Source: Podarcis filfolensis
Taxonomy: Eukaryota
Assembly: GCA_964270895.1 (NCBI GenBank)
Contig: OZ185438.1
DNA: 64,000 nt
Reading direction: 5' to 3' (one strand)
In this document: piece by piece, positions 12,831 to 26,099 of the stretch
Numbering within the stretch: position 1 is the first letter of the stretch
Layout of the letters: every line of letters starts with the position of its first letter
Notes under the pieces: generated by a model
Seen by the model: only the letters and a program-made list of their open reading frames with translations
What the model was told of the DNA's origin: nothing
Databases searched by the model: none
Translations under genes and position numbers: made by a program

Positions 12831-13900
12831 CAGATGTTGTTGGAGTAAATATCCCATAATTCCTGATGGCCATGCTGATGAGATTGGATGCCCAACAACA
12901 TCAGGAAGCCCCACATGCCCCAACCCTGGTCTAAAAGAAAGAGTTGGTTTTCTCTATACAAGACTTGCCAGAGCCAGAGCCAGAGCCAGCCCACAGATGC
13001 GGTGGGGTTGTGCTTCTGCCTCAGGTGGCAGAAGTACAAGAGGCGGCACCCCATCTGCCCCACCACTTCCACCACCACCAAATTTCAATACGAGAGAGAC
13101 ATTCCAGCATGCAGTGCTGCCACTCGCTGGGTGAGAGGGGGGCATTCCGGCGGCGGTGGAAGTGGTGGGGCAGGAATGGTGCAGGGGCGTAGCAGGGGCA
13201 ACAGAGAGGGGACAGGAGACAGCACATTCCCATTTCACCTCACGTGGTGAAATGGGATGCGCTGCCCCTGAGACTTCCCTATTTTACCACAGCTCCAGTT
13301 GACACCTGTGCAGTGATCATGCTTCAAATGCTGGACATTTCTGCTGCTTTCACTGTATAGAGAGAAATTCCACCTAGTCCAGTTTTCTGTCCTCATAGTG
13401 TCCAACCAGATGCCTATGAAAGGCCCAGGAAAGTGTTGTTGTTCTCAAGTAATTCTTTCAGGCTCCCCACAGGGATCAGGTTGCACACTATGGGAACAAA
13501 ACTTCCAAAAATTACTTTTGTAAGTGTCCCCAAATTTCATGGAGGCTCGATCACAGTTAAGATCACTTTCAGCATATTTATATTTCAGACCTAAGCTGGT
13601 TTGTCTGCTAGTCATTCTCCTTCCCCAGAAACCTGATGTTCTGTGAAGATGGCCAGAATAATCAGAGAATCCTCAGCATGGTTCCCAGAAGGCTGTGGGG
13701 ATGTTAAACTAATATAAAACCTAGTATGTCTGCAAGATAGGTATGTCCTTAGACATTTAGCCAAGCAGTACAACCTCATCTGCCTATTGCCTTATAATTA
13801 GAAAAGTCCTCAGGATGCTCAAGAGATGCTCACAGCTAAACTATTTTAGATAAAAATGTGTACTTCCTGTCTGCTGTGTGGTTTGGTTTTGGCCACTTAC

Positions 13901-14050
13901 CTTGAAAAGTAGAGATATTTAAAAGCATGGGGTTTTCTGTGTTGGGAGCTGCTGCTGTTGCAGTCTCTTTTTCATTCCCAATCGAAAACCCTTGACCTTC
14001 TTCTGTGGTTTCTATAGCCTGTGGTTTCTGTAACTCTGGACTTGCAGTTG
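13901..14050 (-). CDS. Gene A cytoplasmic exon
   Basis: ctttttgctttcttgctcag acceptor, CAAG|GTAAGT donor, 150 bp, phase 1-1, open; ATASPELQKPQAIETTEEG...LNISTFQ. Confidence 0.7.
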
Positions 14051-17000
14051 CTGAGCAAGAAAGCAAAAAGCAGAAAGTACAACAACCATTGAAATTAAAT
14101 GCTGGGTTAGCACAACATTAACATATAACCATGTTGTAACACAGGAACAAACAAAATTTACTAAGTATAGGGGGAACAGGTTTTAGCATGATTACACAAG
14201 GTTTCTGTATACTATGGGGCTCACTCCCAGGTAAGTAGCCTTTTCTGAAGACCATAAATAGAGGATCCAAAATCTGCCTTGGGTCCTTAGTGGAGAGGGG
14301 AAAAACAGATTAGAAACAACAACAAGATGCTTGGAAAATGTAACTTGTGGGACCTCCTGATAAATACAAAACCATAGTGGCCTTTTTCTGTGAGCATGTA
14401 GCTCAATGTAAGCCAGGTCCATAAGAGGGCCAAGCTAGATAGGACCTGGGAGAAATGTGTGAAGCATTTCCTAACTGAAAAACTTGAATTGCAGGGGTGG
14501 GGTGCCCCAAATTTTGTCAAACCAGCTGCAGTGGAAGGGAGTGATCAGTTCCCCCATCACAAACTGCTAAAAACCACCCTCTCAAATCTGCTTTTTCCCC
14601 TGTAGGGAAATTTTGAGCCAGTTTTGACTAAGAAAACTACTCAAGATAGTAAAGTGCCTTCTCCCTCCTGCTACTGCTCCAATCACATTAGGGGGCAACA
14701 AGAGTGCATTAAAGGAAATTGTTGGAAGATACTTGATGTGCCTCCAGCTCACATCTAGTTGGACCCTCAGTGTATGTGCTGCACTAGAATAAACCCTTCT
14801 GACCACCAACAGTTGCACTGAATTCTCTAGAGACAGCAGACATGATATTTGAAGTTTCTTCTCTACGTGTGTGCATTCCCCACCACCACTCTGCCCCAAT
14901 ACCAGCACCATGCATCACTGCATACACCTGTGGTTAAAAACAGTATCATCAACCTCCATGAAAACTTTCTATTGCAAGCTAGCATCTCACACAGGGTCTT
15001 ATTTCAGCTGGTTTTAAACATTTCTGAGGATGAACAAATCCTTACATCAACTACCCTTGCAGCAATATTTCTTCATTAATTCTATGTTTTGATTTCTAGC
15101 AGCTAACACTGAATACTGTTCAAACTCCTTTACCGAAATTGCTTAGGGCAAATGTCCTAAACAGTTGGAGCACCAGTTGGGAGGGTGTGGAGTGCTGGAC
15201 TTGGACTAGGGAGAGGTGGGATCAAGTTATTGCCCAGTCTAGGTGGCCCATGAATGCTGCCTGAGATCCTTGGAAGAAAGGTGGGCTAATGTTTAATTTG
15301 AATAATAATAAGGAACAACAACAATTTAAAAAAATAGCAACAAGAAGGAGCAGTTGTCATATCAGACCCATTAAAATACCAGTTTGCCCATGTCTTAAGA
15401 TCTTCTGGAGAGATGCTGTTCCAAGTACTCTCTTTAATTGAGGTATGCTACTCTTTAAAAGAAAAAGAGGGCTTTTTTCCACAGTGCCTCTCCAACTTTT
15501 GAGTGCCTTCTCAAGGGAGACATGACTGGATCTGACATGACAAGCTTTCCTATTTGCTGTCCTATTTGCTCACACATGTTAGTTTGGGGGAGGGAGGGAT
15601 GGAATGGTTTATTTCTGTTTTTAGCTTTTGAGATATTTGTTTTGTTTCATTTATGTTTTGTTAAGCTGATTTGCTGATTTTAAGGTGTGTTTATATATTG
15701 TCCAAATTAATTATATTCCTATTTTTGGACCTGGCTCTAGAATCTTCTGTTGAAAGACGGTTGAGAAATATTTAAAATTTAAAAAAAAAAACTTTAAAAT
15801 GAGTCATTGTGAGTCATGATTCACTTATATCTATTGAATTCAGTGGTCTACTCTGAGTCCGCGGCAATCCAATAACAAATAAACAAATAAATAAATAGGG
15901 GTTGCAATGTTTCAGTTTTTAATTCATTAGACTAATGGATTTTTAAAGTATTTTAATCTACTAAAAGAGTGAATCAGGAAGCTCATTTATTTATTTATTT
16001 ATTTAAATTGGTTCCTTAATGCGAGTTACTTATTAAAACTGTGGGTGGCAAGCAGGAATGCCTCTTCGAAAATGACACTTGCAATGGCATATTGGGGGGC
16101 CTGTGGGCCTAATTAGACCTACCATGCCTCCTCATTAGACTTGCAAGGCAGTTTTTGTCCAGTCAAGCTCACCAGCTCTATGCCCAATTTATATGACATC
16201 ACATATGGGGCAGTTCAGGGCATGGCTGGACTGAAAGAGGGGTTGCAACTGACTGGCCCATCTCCAGAGATGGAGGTGGCTGCCCATGGGAGTGAAGGAA
16301 GAATGGAGGGAGGGAAGCACCAACTTGCAGAAAATATGGGGGTGCCCCCTAAATTATGCTCCACAGAGTTGGAGCATATGGGACCAGCGGTGCAATTTTA
16401 TACATGTCTACTCAGAAGCAAGCCCCACTGAATTCAACAAGACTTTCCCCCAGCAAGGCGTGTGTAGGGTTGCCACCTAAAGCACATATGGTTAATCAAG
16501 TTGCAGTAATTATAGTAATAAACAGCAGTTCAGATAGATGACAGTGCTGCCCAATGAGAAGACATGGCCCATTCACTCACTGAATTAGCTTTGTTTCTCA
16601 GAGTAGACCATGACATTGCCTTCTGTTCATGATATTGTTATAGGTGGGGGGAATTCCACTCACCCAAAAAAAAACCCTAGAAATTAATAAATGGTAGGAG
16701 TCTGATGATTTGGAGTATTGAAGGGAAGATTGGAGGCCTGTGGAAAAGTACAGGCTAAGGTTCCTTCCTGTCACCTGGGATAGAGGCATTAACATGAGAA
16801 AAGGTGTTGTTGACCCATCTAGGAAGGCTCTTGGGCCTGGGCAGATAGGCAGAGGTTGCCATGGTGATGGGGTATGTATCTGAGGTGGCACACAAAGAGA
16901 GTCTTTAGAGAAAGATGTGCTGGGAAGAAGAAGGGAAGAGAGCAAAGATCCATCTTGGGCAAGCTGGTTGAAGGCTGACTGGGAGAGATGCCTTGCACTC

Positions 17001-20000
17001 CAGTGCTGCATTGCTGTGGGGAACAAGTAAGAGCTGGACTCCCTCCATGCAGACTGAAGGTGTAAATATGCAAATAAAACAGATTTCTTAAAGCAGGCTC
17101 CACTACATCTTCAGTTCTCCAGAGGAGCTCAAACCATTGGTGAATGCCTGAAACCCCCTGGAATCTTGCTACTGCTTGGCAGAGAGTGGAGGTGCCGCCC
17201 AACCTTTGTAAGAATATGCACAATTAATACCTTGTTGGAATGGAGTTTAATTTATAAGGAAGGAAAACAGGCAGAACCATCACTTCTTTGAGGTGAGTAG
17301 TCTCCAAAACAACCAAAAATCCTTGCTTCCAGAAGCTGATCGGCAGTGCTTCAGAATGTCCTACTTACTAAACGGCACTGTTCACATGAGTATTCTGCTC
17401 ACTGAACTGTTAAATGCACTTGGTGGCAGCAGAACGTAGTGTATGAATCACCCCATAATGAATCACAAACTACACTTGGCAAAGATGCACCGACACGACC
17501 TAAATGCAAGCACAGTAAAGAAGCTCTGATAGCTTTCTGGTTTTTTATTTGTCTTTTAACTGGCACGTAAAACCATAAGAACTGCAGAAGAGTCTAGCTA
17601 GCTCCAATGAAACAGATTTATATTATTGTCTATGTATTCTCTTCCATTTATATCCCATCTTTCTTCCACCCTGAATCTAAACATACTTGTTGTTGCAGTC
17701 CAGGAACTGACCAGAACTGAATTTCATATATTAATTTAGGCCTGCTTCACAAATCATGCTAACACAAACTATGTGTGAGTGTGGAGGCTCCCAGAGAGGA
17801 GATCACAGCCACTTTGCTTCTCATCAGTTGTTTGGCTGCTGCACCAAACTGGGAGAGGTAAACCATGAGCCTAGGTTTGTACAACACATCAGCCCATACC
17901 ATGGAGTTGGAAAATAATTTCCCCTCAGGCACAACTGGCCCAAGACATTTCCCTCCCCCAACCCCAGCAGCTGCACTATAACTCTAAAACTAGTCTATAA
18001 CTGGTTTTAACTAGTCTGAGAGGCATCCTTGTGTACTTGGAAGGTCATAACTGTTGGATTACACATGGCTTTGTTGGTGGCCTTAAGCAGAAACTTAGGT
18101 TGCGGTGCAGTGCCAGACTGTGGGAACTGGAGGACCCATGGCCTTCTTCTGTAACATATGGCTTGGCTCATTTCTCTCTGTTGTCTAGAGCTAAGGATTC
18201 CCAACAGAATTTGCTTCCTTCTGCTTTCTGCTTATGTGGTCTAAATTATATAGACCAAACTTGAATCTCACCTATTGGTCTTTGGGTCCCTTTCTTCTTA
18301 TAGTTCTTTGAACCAACCCCTGAGGTATCTCCAAACCAATTTGTTCCAGACCCGCACACCTTGATTTGCAATAGAAACCTATCACACCAGAACCACCTTT
18401 GTTTGTTGTCCTCATACAATTACCAGGGAGAAAGGTCACACTTTTACAACCTCTTCCTGTCCTGTCCTCAACTGCAACATACAGAGGTCTCTTCACAGTT
18501 CTGGATCCCATGGAAGCCTAAACACATAGAGATTAGTGTACACTGGTTTGGCAGCTGTAATACTCACATCGGTCTTGCTTTCTCCTATAAACTACTGCAT
18601 AGTCAGCCACATTCTTTCTCCAACTTGCACGGCGTTGTCTTCTTGTTTTCCAGAGATCTTAAACCATATAAAATAAAAAGTGTGGAAATGGTTTTCAGTG
18701 AGAACTGAAAGCACACATTACTGGTGCAGTAGTCACTCCTAATATCCCCATCATCTCCTAATTTTATTGCAGGGGTGCAGACACAATCCCATTTCTTCCT
18801 TTGCCTTTTCTTTCTCTAGAGCAAATGACAGATGGGTCTCCTCCCTCCTGCCCATTACAGCCTTTGTGAAAAATGGCACAGATTTTAAGGGAAGCTTAGA
18901 ATGAAGTCTTTCCCCAGAGGTAACTGGCTTTCCAGCATATGCATACTGAAGAACCCTCAACCTATTTTCTTTTTAACAAACCAGCTTAGCACCACTTAAA
19001 ACATGGCCTGAAATATCCGTTGGCAACTTCCTCTTATCAGGGACCCTATGAAAGCTAAGAGGGCAGGAGGCACATGCGAGAAACGGTGTGGGCATCATTT
19101 AATTGCTCACAACCCATCACGTGCTCATAGCCTTTCAATGCTGGCAGAAGGAAAGGCGATGGATCCAATTATTTGTGTTTTCCCTCTTCAGAGGTTGAGT
19201 CTTGGTGGCTAGAGATGGGGGAGTTCAGTTCACATTTAAAGGCAAATCTATTAAATTCACAGAAGCAGAATTCACAGGTCCTTCCATCCAAAAAAAGGGT
19301 AATGAGACAGGGCAGATGGGCTTGATGATAGTATCTTCACCTCTTAAAAGATATCTACAGTAACTTGTTTTTTAATAAATGCATGCATATACTTGCTATC
19401 AGTTAAGTTCACAGGCCTACCTAGTACACTGTGATTCATGTTAGTAAGCAAAAATTCAACAATGGCAGCAATTCCAAAGGGGATCTTCAGTTGAAAATGT
19501 CTTACTTTAGACTCAAGGATGTGGCTCTCCCTGGCATGTGCCAGAGGACGGCAGAAGTCTGCATCCTGGTTTTAACCAGTCACAGTGCAGGGGACTGGAA
19601 GTGACACACTGCCCTGACACACTCACTGCAGCCTGATAAAAGATGGCAGGCCAGTGTGGGAGAGTGTGATGGCTGCAATAGCAGCAAAACACACAAAGAG
19701 GGGGGGGGACATGGAGAAAGAATTATTGACAAGTGCACAGCAACGAAGGACAGCTAAGAAGCAAGGAGGGAGAGAACCTCTGTCCCAGCGAAGCTGCTAG
19801 AAAATAATATTAATTGTGAGTGGGAGACGGGGGAAACAGAGAGGAGAAATCTGCAGCTACAGAGACAAAGCAGAGGCAGAGTGAGAGAGATGTGAGAGAA
19901 CAGCTGTGAAAGAAAAAGAGACAGCTGAGGTTACAAACTTCAGTAGAGAGCCAAGAAAAGCTGAGAGAAGTTGTATGGGCTGCTGCAATCGGAAAAACCT

Positions 20001-20412
20001 GTATGAAACCTGGAGCAAGGAACCATTCCAGGTCTTTGAGGCCTCCTGTGTGTTGGGGGGGCACAGGGGCTCTTACATGGAAGAGGAATCCTGACACAAA
20101 ATGTGTTGTTATGTCCGAACCAAGAACTGCATTCACTTCAACAAACTGAGCCAAGGTCAGAAACCACTATTTCAATAAACTATAGTTTGGCCCTACCCAT
20201 AGTTTGGCCCAATTCAGATGTAACCAATTATGGTCAGCTTAGCTCAGGAAGCAGATGAAGATCTCTTCCTCTGATGCATGTTGGAGGAGGACAGAGGACA
20301 AGAGGATGCTTGAGTCCACATTATGAGTAGGCTCACTCCTATTATGCTAAAGTATAGTTTAGAATTATGTCCAAACAGGTGTTATATACTGACCTCCATC
20401 TTGTGGGTGGGT

Positions 20413-20416
<4 letters not shown>

Positions 20417-20455
<39 letters not shown>
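20417..20455. repeat. (GA)n microsatellite
   Basis: Seen directly; about 190 bp into the intron after the gene A TM exon. Confidence 0.95.
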
Positions 20456-20459
<4 letters not shown>

Positions 20460-20644
20460 CAGTGTGCTTTGTGTGCTTGTAAAAGAAAGAAAAAGATCAG
20501 GCTGCACATGGATTTTGCATCTCACATGAGATGCAAAAGGTTTTATTGCCAAAGTAAAAGAAGGAGTTGCATTAGACAACCATCTGTACCTTTTGAGTGA
20601 CTTTCCCTCATTATGGTAAGCAAGGTAAGGCAAGGAAAGATTAC

Positions 20645-20776
20645 CTGGCTTCCTCTTCCATTTTCCAAAATGATATATACACGAGCCCAATATAATGAGA
20701 AACGCTGCAACAAGAGCTCCTTCTAAGATGAAGAAGATTAAATGAGGCAAACGTATTGTCTTCTGTGGATTAGGTT
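20645..20776 (-). CDS. Gene A transmembrane exon
   Basis: cattttag acceptor, CAG|GTAATC donor, 132 bp, phase 1-1; PNPQKTIRLPHLIFFILEGALVAAFLIILGSCIYHFGKWKRKP (hydrophobic run followed by a basic stop-transfer segment). Confidence 0.8.
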
Positions 20777-22623
20777 CTAAAATGAGAATGCAATTGTGAA
20801 AAGAATTACCTATTTTAACTCACTTCTGACAGGTAGTTTTACAAAGAGCTCTGTTTGTACTTTTAATGACATGCGGCACTGTGTAAAACATTAATATTAC
20901 CCTGTCAATTTATTTAATCATTTCAATTAACTACTTTGCGCTTAACTTTTTCATCAATTAACCATGTATAATAAATGTTACATGAACTCAACAGAGCCTA
21001 TAACTTGACGGGGGCGAGGGCAGCACACAAAACTATGTATTGTCATACATTGCTTGAAAATCAGCTTCAGTCTTATACAAGCTTTCCTGGGAATAAGCCC
21101 CACTGAACTGAATGGGGCTTACTTCTGAGTAAGCATGCATAAAATTCTAGACATATCGCACCAACTCTACCAATTCTAAAATCTTTTCATAAGGAACAAT
21201 CTTAGTTAAAACCAAGTGAATCTGTTATCAGACTGAGAAATACTCTTAAGTCTTTAAGTCAAGCCACTAGCCCATCCAGTACATTACCATGTGCTCTGAT
21301 TCATAGCAGCTTTTAAGACCTCAGAACAATGCCTGCTACTTGAAAGCCTTTTATCAAGGGTCTTTCTGCATGCAGAAGTATGTACTCTACCATGGAACTA
21401 TGCTTTCTTCCAGCAAATACGGACAGCTTTGTTAAGTATAATAGTTTAATGTACATTGAATTGGGGAGAGGGAATCTATAATGTGCCTATATTGCACTGT
21501 GTAGCATGACTAGAAATTTCCACTGAAGCTGAAGAAGAGCCTAACAAGTGAATCATGAAGTGGGGATGTATCTCTGTGCCTCGATCACAAGTTGTTTAGC
21601 TCACAGTCATATGAAAAGGATTGTATTGCAGGTCTATGCATATGCTAATCTGTAGACATCCATCTTGGGTGTGGTGCTTTCTTTGTTCCAAGCTACTGAA
21701 AAGAATGGATGTGTGAATCTCTGTCTCCAGCAAACAACCTGAGACTAATGGAGGCAGCAATGGAGGAGAGACAGAGCTTTGATTTCTAGCTGAGAATACA
21801 ACATATTTGTAATCTAAGATATTATGGCTTCTGCTGGGAGCGGTGTAAAAAATATGCATCTAACTGAAAGTAACTTTTATTGTTTTAAGTTGTTTGGAAT
21901 TAAGTTCTGTAAGTAAAGCTTCTGAGCCATATTTTGGCCTGGAGAATATTTATTTCAATAGAAGTGTCAGTTTTTATTCATCCAGGAGACTGGATATGTG
22001 CAATATTAATAGTCTCAATAGGGTTTCCTGCTGAAACATAACTTGGTTTTCATTCATCAGGTTCTCCCTTATTACATGAAGCAACACCTAGCACCTGTAA
22101 TTCCAGGTGCTTTTTGATACATTGTGTAAGGAGGGGGAAATAATCTCTGCTAAACTATGAATAACATTTTCAATTTTAGCTGCAAATCAACATTTCTAAC
22201 AGTTTCTTAGCAGTGAATGAACCCAATTTCTGTTGTTCCATTTTAAGGGACAGTCTACCACACTGTGGGCACATATGTCACAAAAAGTTAAGTGCCCATA
22301 GGTTCTGTTGATTAGAACAGAGCAAGTCAGTCCAATTGGCTTAGCATGGCCTAAAGGTACATAATGTTGTCAATGGCATGAATAAAAAAATAGTAATATC
22401 CTTCTATTCAGTAAAATTACCAACCTTCTTTTATTTGGAGGTAAGTGTTACTGTACTTTACTAACATATTTGCAGCAGGCTCTTGTCAAACAGAATGTAT
22501 GAAAGATATACAGTTACAACAAAATTACAGTACGTATAACTTCCAGTGGTTGGGTTGGCTATTGCACAGATGAACCTTGTAAATACTTGCTACTCATCTT
22601 AGAGCATGGGAATGCCCATCTAA

Positions 22624-22887
22624 TACAGTGGTACCTCTAGATACGAACGGGATCCGTTCTGGAGCCCCGTTCGCATCTAGAAGCAAACGTAACTAGCGAC
22701 GGCACGTCTGCACACGCGTGCATCGCTTTTCGCTACTTCTGCGCATGCGCGCGACGTCATTTTGAGCGTCTGCGCATGCGCAAGCGGCAAAACCCGGAAG
22801 TAACACGCTCCGTTACTTCCGGGTTGCCACGGAACGTAACTTGAACGCGCTCAACTCAAAGCTTATTCAACCCGAGGTATGACTGTA
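22624..22887. mobile_element. Tc1/mariner MITE family 2
   Basis: Ends CAGTGGTACCTC / GAGGTATGACTG, TA TSD, CpG-rich interior. Confidence 0.9.
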
Positions 22888-22892
22888 CTCAC

Positions 22893-23201
22893 GTGTAAGT
22901 TCCAGTTGAATTGTGTGACTGTACTGATACACACCATCCTTGGTAAACACTTCTGCTGTGTACTGTCCGATATCCTGCACATGAGTGGGACACAAGCTCA
23001 AGCTGCCATTGTTAAGTATAAGACATCTCTTGCTGTCGTCTATGCAAGTTGTAATATTCTGGCCGTCCACCTTTCCTATTGTGATATTGCCCTTCTTCCA
23101 AATCACATCATGAAGGTGGATGGCTTGTTTCGTGATCTTCATCTCAAGGAGCATACAATCACCAAGTGTTCCTTTGGTGAGACTAACCTGCAGTTTGGAT
23201 T
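22893..23201 (-). CDS. Gene A Ig-V exon 2 (tandem paralogue of Ig-V exon 1)
   Basis: gttcag acceptor, GTGAGT donor, 309 bp open; about 55% amino-acid identity to Ig-V exon 1 by hand alignment. Confidence 0.9.
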
Positions 23202-23604
23202 CTGAACACAGAGCAAAAATATAGCGGACATACAGTTTACTTCAATCCTCAAAAATGTGTGCATTAAGTAGATTTGAAATAATTTTGAAAACTGTTATTT
23301 CACTGAATTAAAATATTTCAATTTCAGGGGTGCATTTCAAATTTCAGCCATGAAACTGAAAGCAAAGTAGTAAAGGCAACTCTCAGGGAGCTATTCAATT
23401 TGAAAATTATACTACAACGCCTTTTAGCTGCATAATGTAACTTCTCTGCCCTCTCCCCTCCCCATGTGCCCTAAATCCGCTCCTAAATGTGTTCCTCTAA
23501 TTCTCCAGCTGTTCTGGCTATTATACAGCTGAATGCTGCAAATGCATGGCACTTATTTTATAGGAATAACACACAGTCCCTTAGAGGGCCTATCTGATAC
23601 TTAC

Positions 23605-23913
23605 GTGTAAGCAGCAGTTCCTTTCCATTACTGTATTGAATGTGTCCATCCTCAGTATATGCTGTCACTGTATAATGCCCAATATCGTCCAACTGAGTGG
23701 GACACAAGCTCAAGGTGCCATTGTTATAGATAAAACATCTTTTGCTATGGATTGTACAGTTTCCTTCATTCTGACCATTGATCATCATCCCAATCAAGGC
23801 TTTGCCTTTCTTCCAAATCACGTTGTGAATGTGGATTGCTGGGTTCCTGTTCTCCAGATCAAGGAGCATACAATCACCAAGCGTTCCATTGATGAGGCTA
23901 TCCACTTTGGATC
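23605..23913 (-). CDS. Gene A Ig-V exon 1 (CD2 domain-1-like)
   Basis: acttag acceptor, GTAAGT donor, 309 bp open. GTLGDCMLL...VIWKKG...NNGTLSL...DDIGHYTV resembles CD2 D1 motifs (G-L-G, W-K, NGTL, D-G-Y). Confidence 0.9.
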
Positions 23914-26099
23914 CTAAGTATGTCAATAAGATGCAATGGGAAGACATTTAATTCATTAACACCCAAATTGAACAAAGCATACCAATTCCTAAAACTGTGA
24001 TTTCATGAAATCAAAATGTTCAGATTTCAAGAGGACATCTAAAAATTTCAGACTCAAAACACAGCACAAAAGCAAATTCAAATCTCCATAGTAAGACATG
24101 GCTGGTAGAATTCATTCCCCAGCTGTAATCAACATAATTTCACACTTTTTCAGAAGTGAAATATGACAGCTTTTAGCATAGAACATCCATTTTTAGCATT
24201 CTTATCTGACATAATAAATCCCAGGAACGTTTATACCCAATATATCTTTTGTTTCTTTCTTTGTTTAAAATATTTTATCTGACTCTTCAATTATTCCAGG
24301 GTGGTTTACAAATTGCTCTTAAAACAGTAAAGCACCAGTAATTAATATCTATCCTTTCATTGTAAGTAGTTGCAGCACCACCAGGTTTTATCCAATTGGA
24401 TTCAAAGAAACCGGGAGTGGATTGTTCAAAATGGTGGGTGTAGAATGCCCTCTTGAATCCAGTAATTGTGTCACTGGCTGCTTCTTCCAGACAGTCACTG
24501 CATGTTGAAATAGTCAACCCAGACTCAAGTTTTTCCAAGCCTACTGATGTGCCAGTATGGTGGGACCACCCCCATAAAATGTTGAAATCCCATTAGTATG
24601 CAGTGCTGCAGCTGTCATGGTTGGACACAACTACCTATCTACATGCTCATCTGATCATGCCATAAATAAGTTTGACCATGATTCCCTTCTCTCAGTAAAA
24701 CATGTATAGAAAAAGGGGCATGAGCTCTGGCAAATCCTCTTTACCACCTGGTTAGTCACATGGTTGTGTGTGCACAGTGGGAGATAGCCAGCCACTGTTC
24801 CTGCAGTACACTGAATTATTATTTTACATCCAAGCAGAGTTCTATGATAAAAGAGGTTTGCGAAATTTCAAAATGTTGGAAATGGACAAGAGCTGTCTCA
24901 GCTAAAGAGACAGGTAAAAATAGTTGAAGTAAATAAATAATAGGCGATTAAGTCTAACTCCTTGCCACTGGTCATGATTCTCCACACACTAGCATCCTGA
25001 CCCCTGAGCAGTCCTGACCCCTGAGCTGACAACAAGCAGAAAACAGACTCAAAATGGACAAAGCGATAAATATCTAAAATGTTGTTAAACAAGCTATATG
25101 CTCTCTGTAACATGTTCCCTTTTCCAGGCAGTCTCACCAGAGTATTGACTTTTGCGTGGAAAATCAGCAGATTCATCCAAAGCCTTATTTGCTCGCATGC
25201 CATCACCAAAAACTGGACCAGAAATATAAAAAATAATAACATTAAGAAAAGCTGCATATCAAATGGTTTCTTTCCACCATATGAATAGATAACCATAAAT
25301 AATACTACAATTTTAAGGCAGAAATGTATTAGTTTTAGAACATGAACCTGGAAGGCAAAGTTCCTGTTTCCTAGTTGCCTCCTCATTTTGGAATTGACAC
25401 AAGGCTTTGGACATGGGCATCTCATGGACTGGTATGAAAGCAAGAATGCTGGATTGGATGAGAGTTTGGTCTGATCCAGAAAGGCTCTTCTAATAGTTTT
25501 ATGTAACTATTAGAGACCTTACAACCAGCTCCAGATTTTCTTCCATCCCATCACAATGACAGATGTGTGGACTTTAATCATAAATTTTGACAAAAATATG
25601 TATCCTTTCTTTCTATACCTGTGATTTTTTTAAAAGGCATGTTGTTTTTTAAACATATCTGCAATCTCATTGACTTCAGTTTCTTTCTGTGATCTAAGCA
25701 CCGTTTTCAAAATTACCTTATTGTTTTGTCCATTATCTTATTATATTAAAGAGATTTGGGGGAGGGGGTTGACCAATCTAGCCAAATACATTTGACTCCT
25801 CTTTTACCGAAGGACTAAATAAGCAATTTCTAACATCAATAGTAATACTGTGCATTAAACTTTTTGAAAATTTAAGTATGATTCACCCTTTAAAAATGTA
25901 TCCCATTCATACACCACTTACAGTTCTGCTTGTTGGATTTACACTGCATTTGATGCAATTACAGCAGACTAAATCTTAGTACTCTGATATACGACAGTCA
26001 CTGTCTAATCCTACACATAAGCATGACATACCAAGTCACTGACTTGGTAATATTTACTTGGTTGTAGTTCATTCACATCCAAGCCAAAAAGAAACTTAC

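Noticed and set aside
12565-13250. 189-aa and overlapping ORFs
   Set aside because: They run through a SINE and low-complexity repeats.
16648-16657. NF-kB-like GGGGAATTCC
   Set aside because: A degenerate 10-mer expected several times by chance in 64 kb.
19500-19680. Acceptor and donor pairs between the TM and cytoplasmic exons of gene A
   Set aside because: All phase-1 readings hit a stop; not supportable as coding exons.
24898-25443. 181-aa hydrophobic minus-strand ORF in gene A intron 1
   Set aside because: AT-rich, no recognisable motif, no compatible splice sites; most likely a chance ORF.
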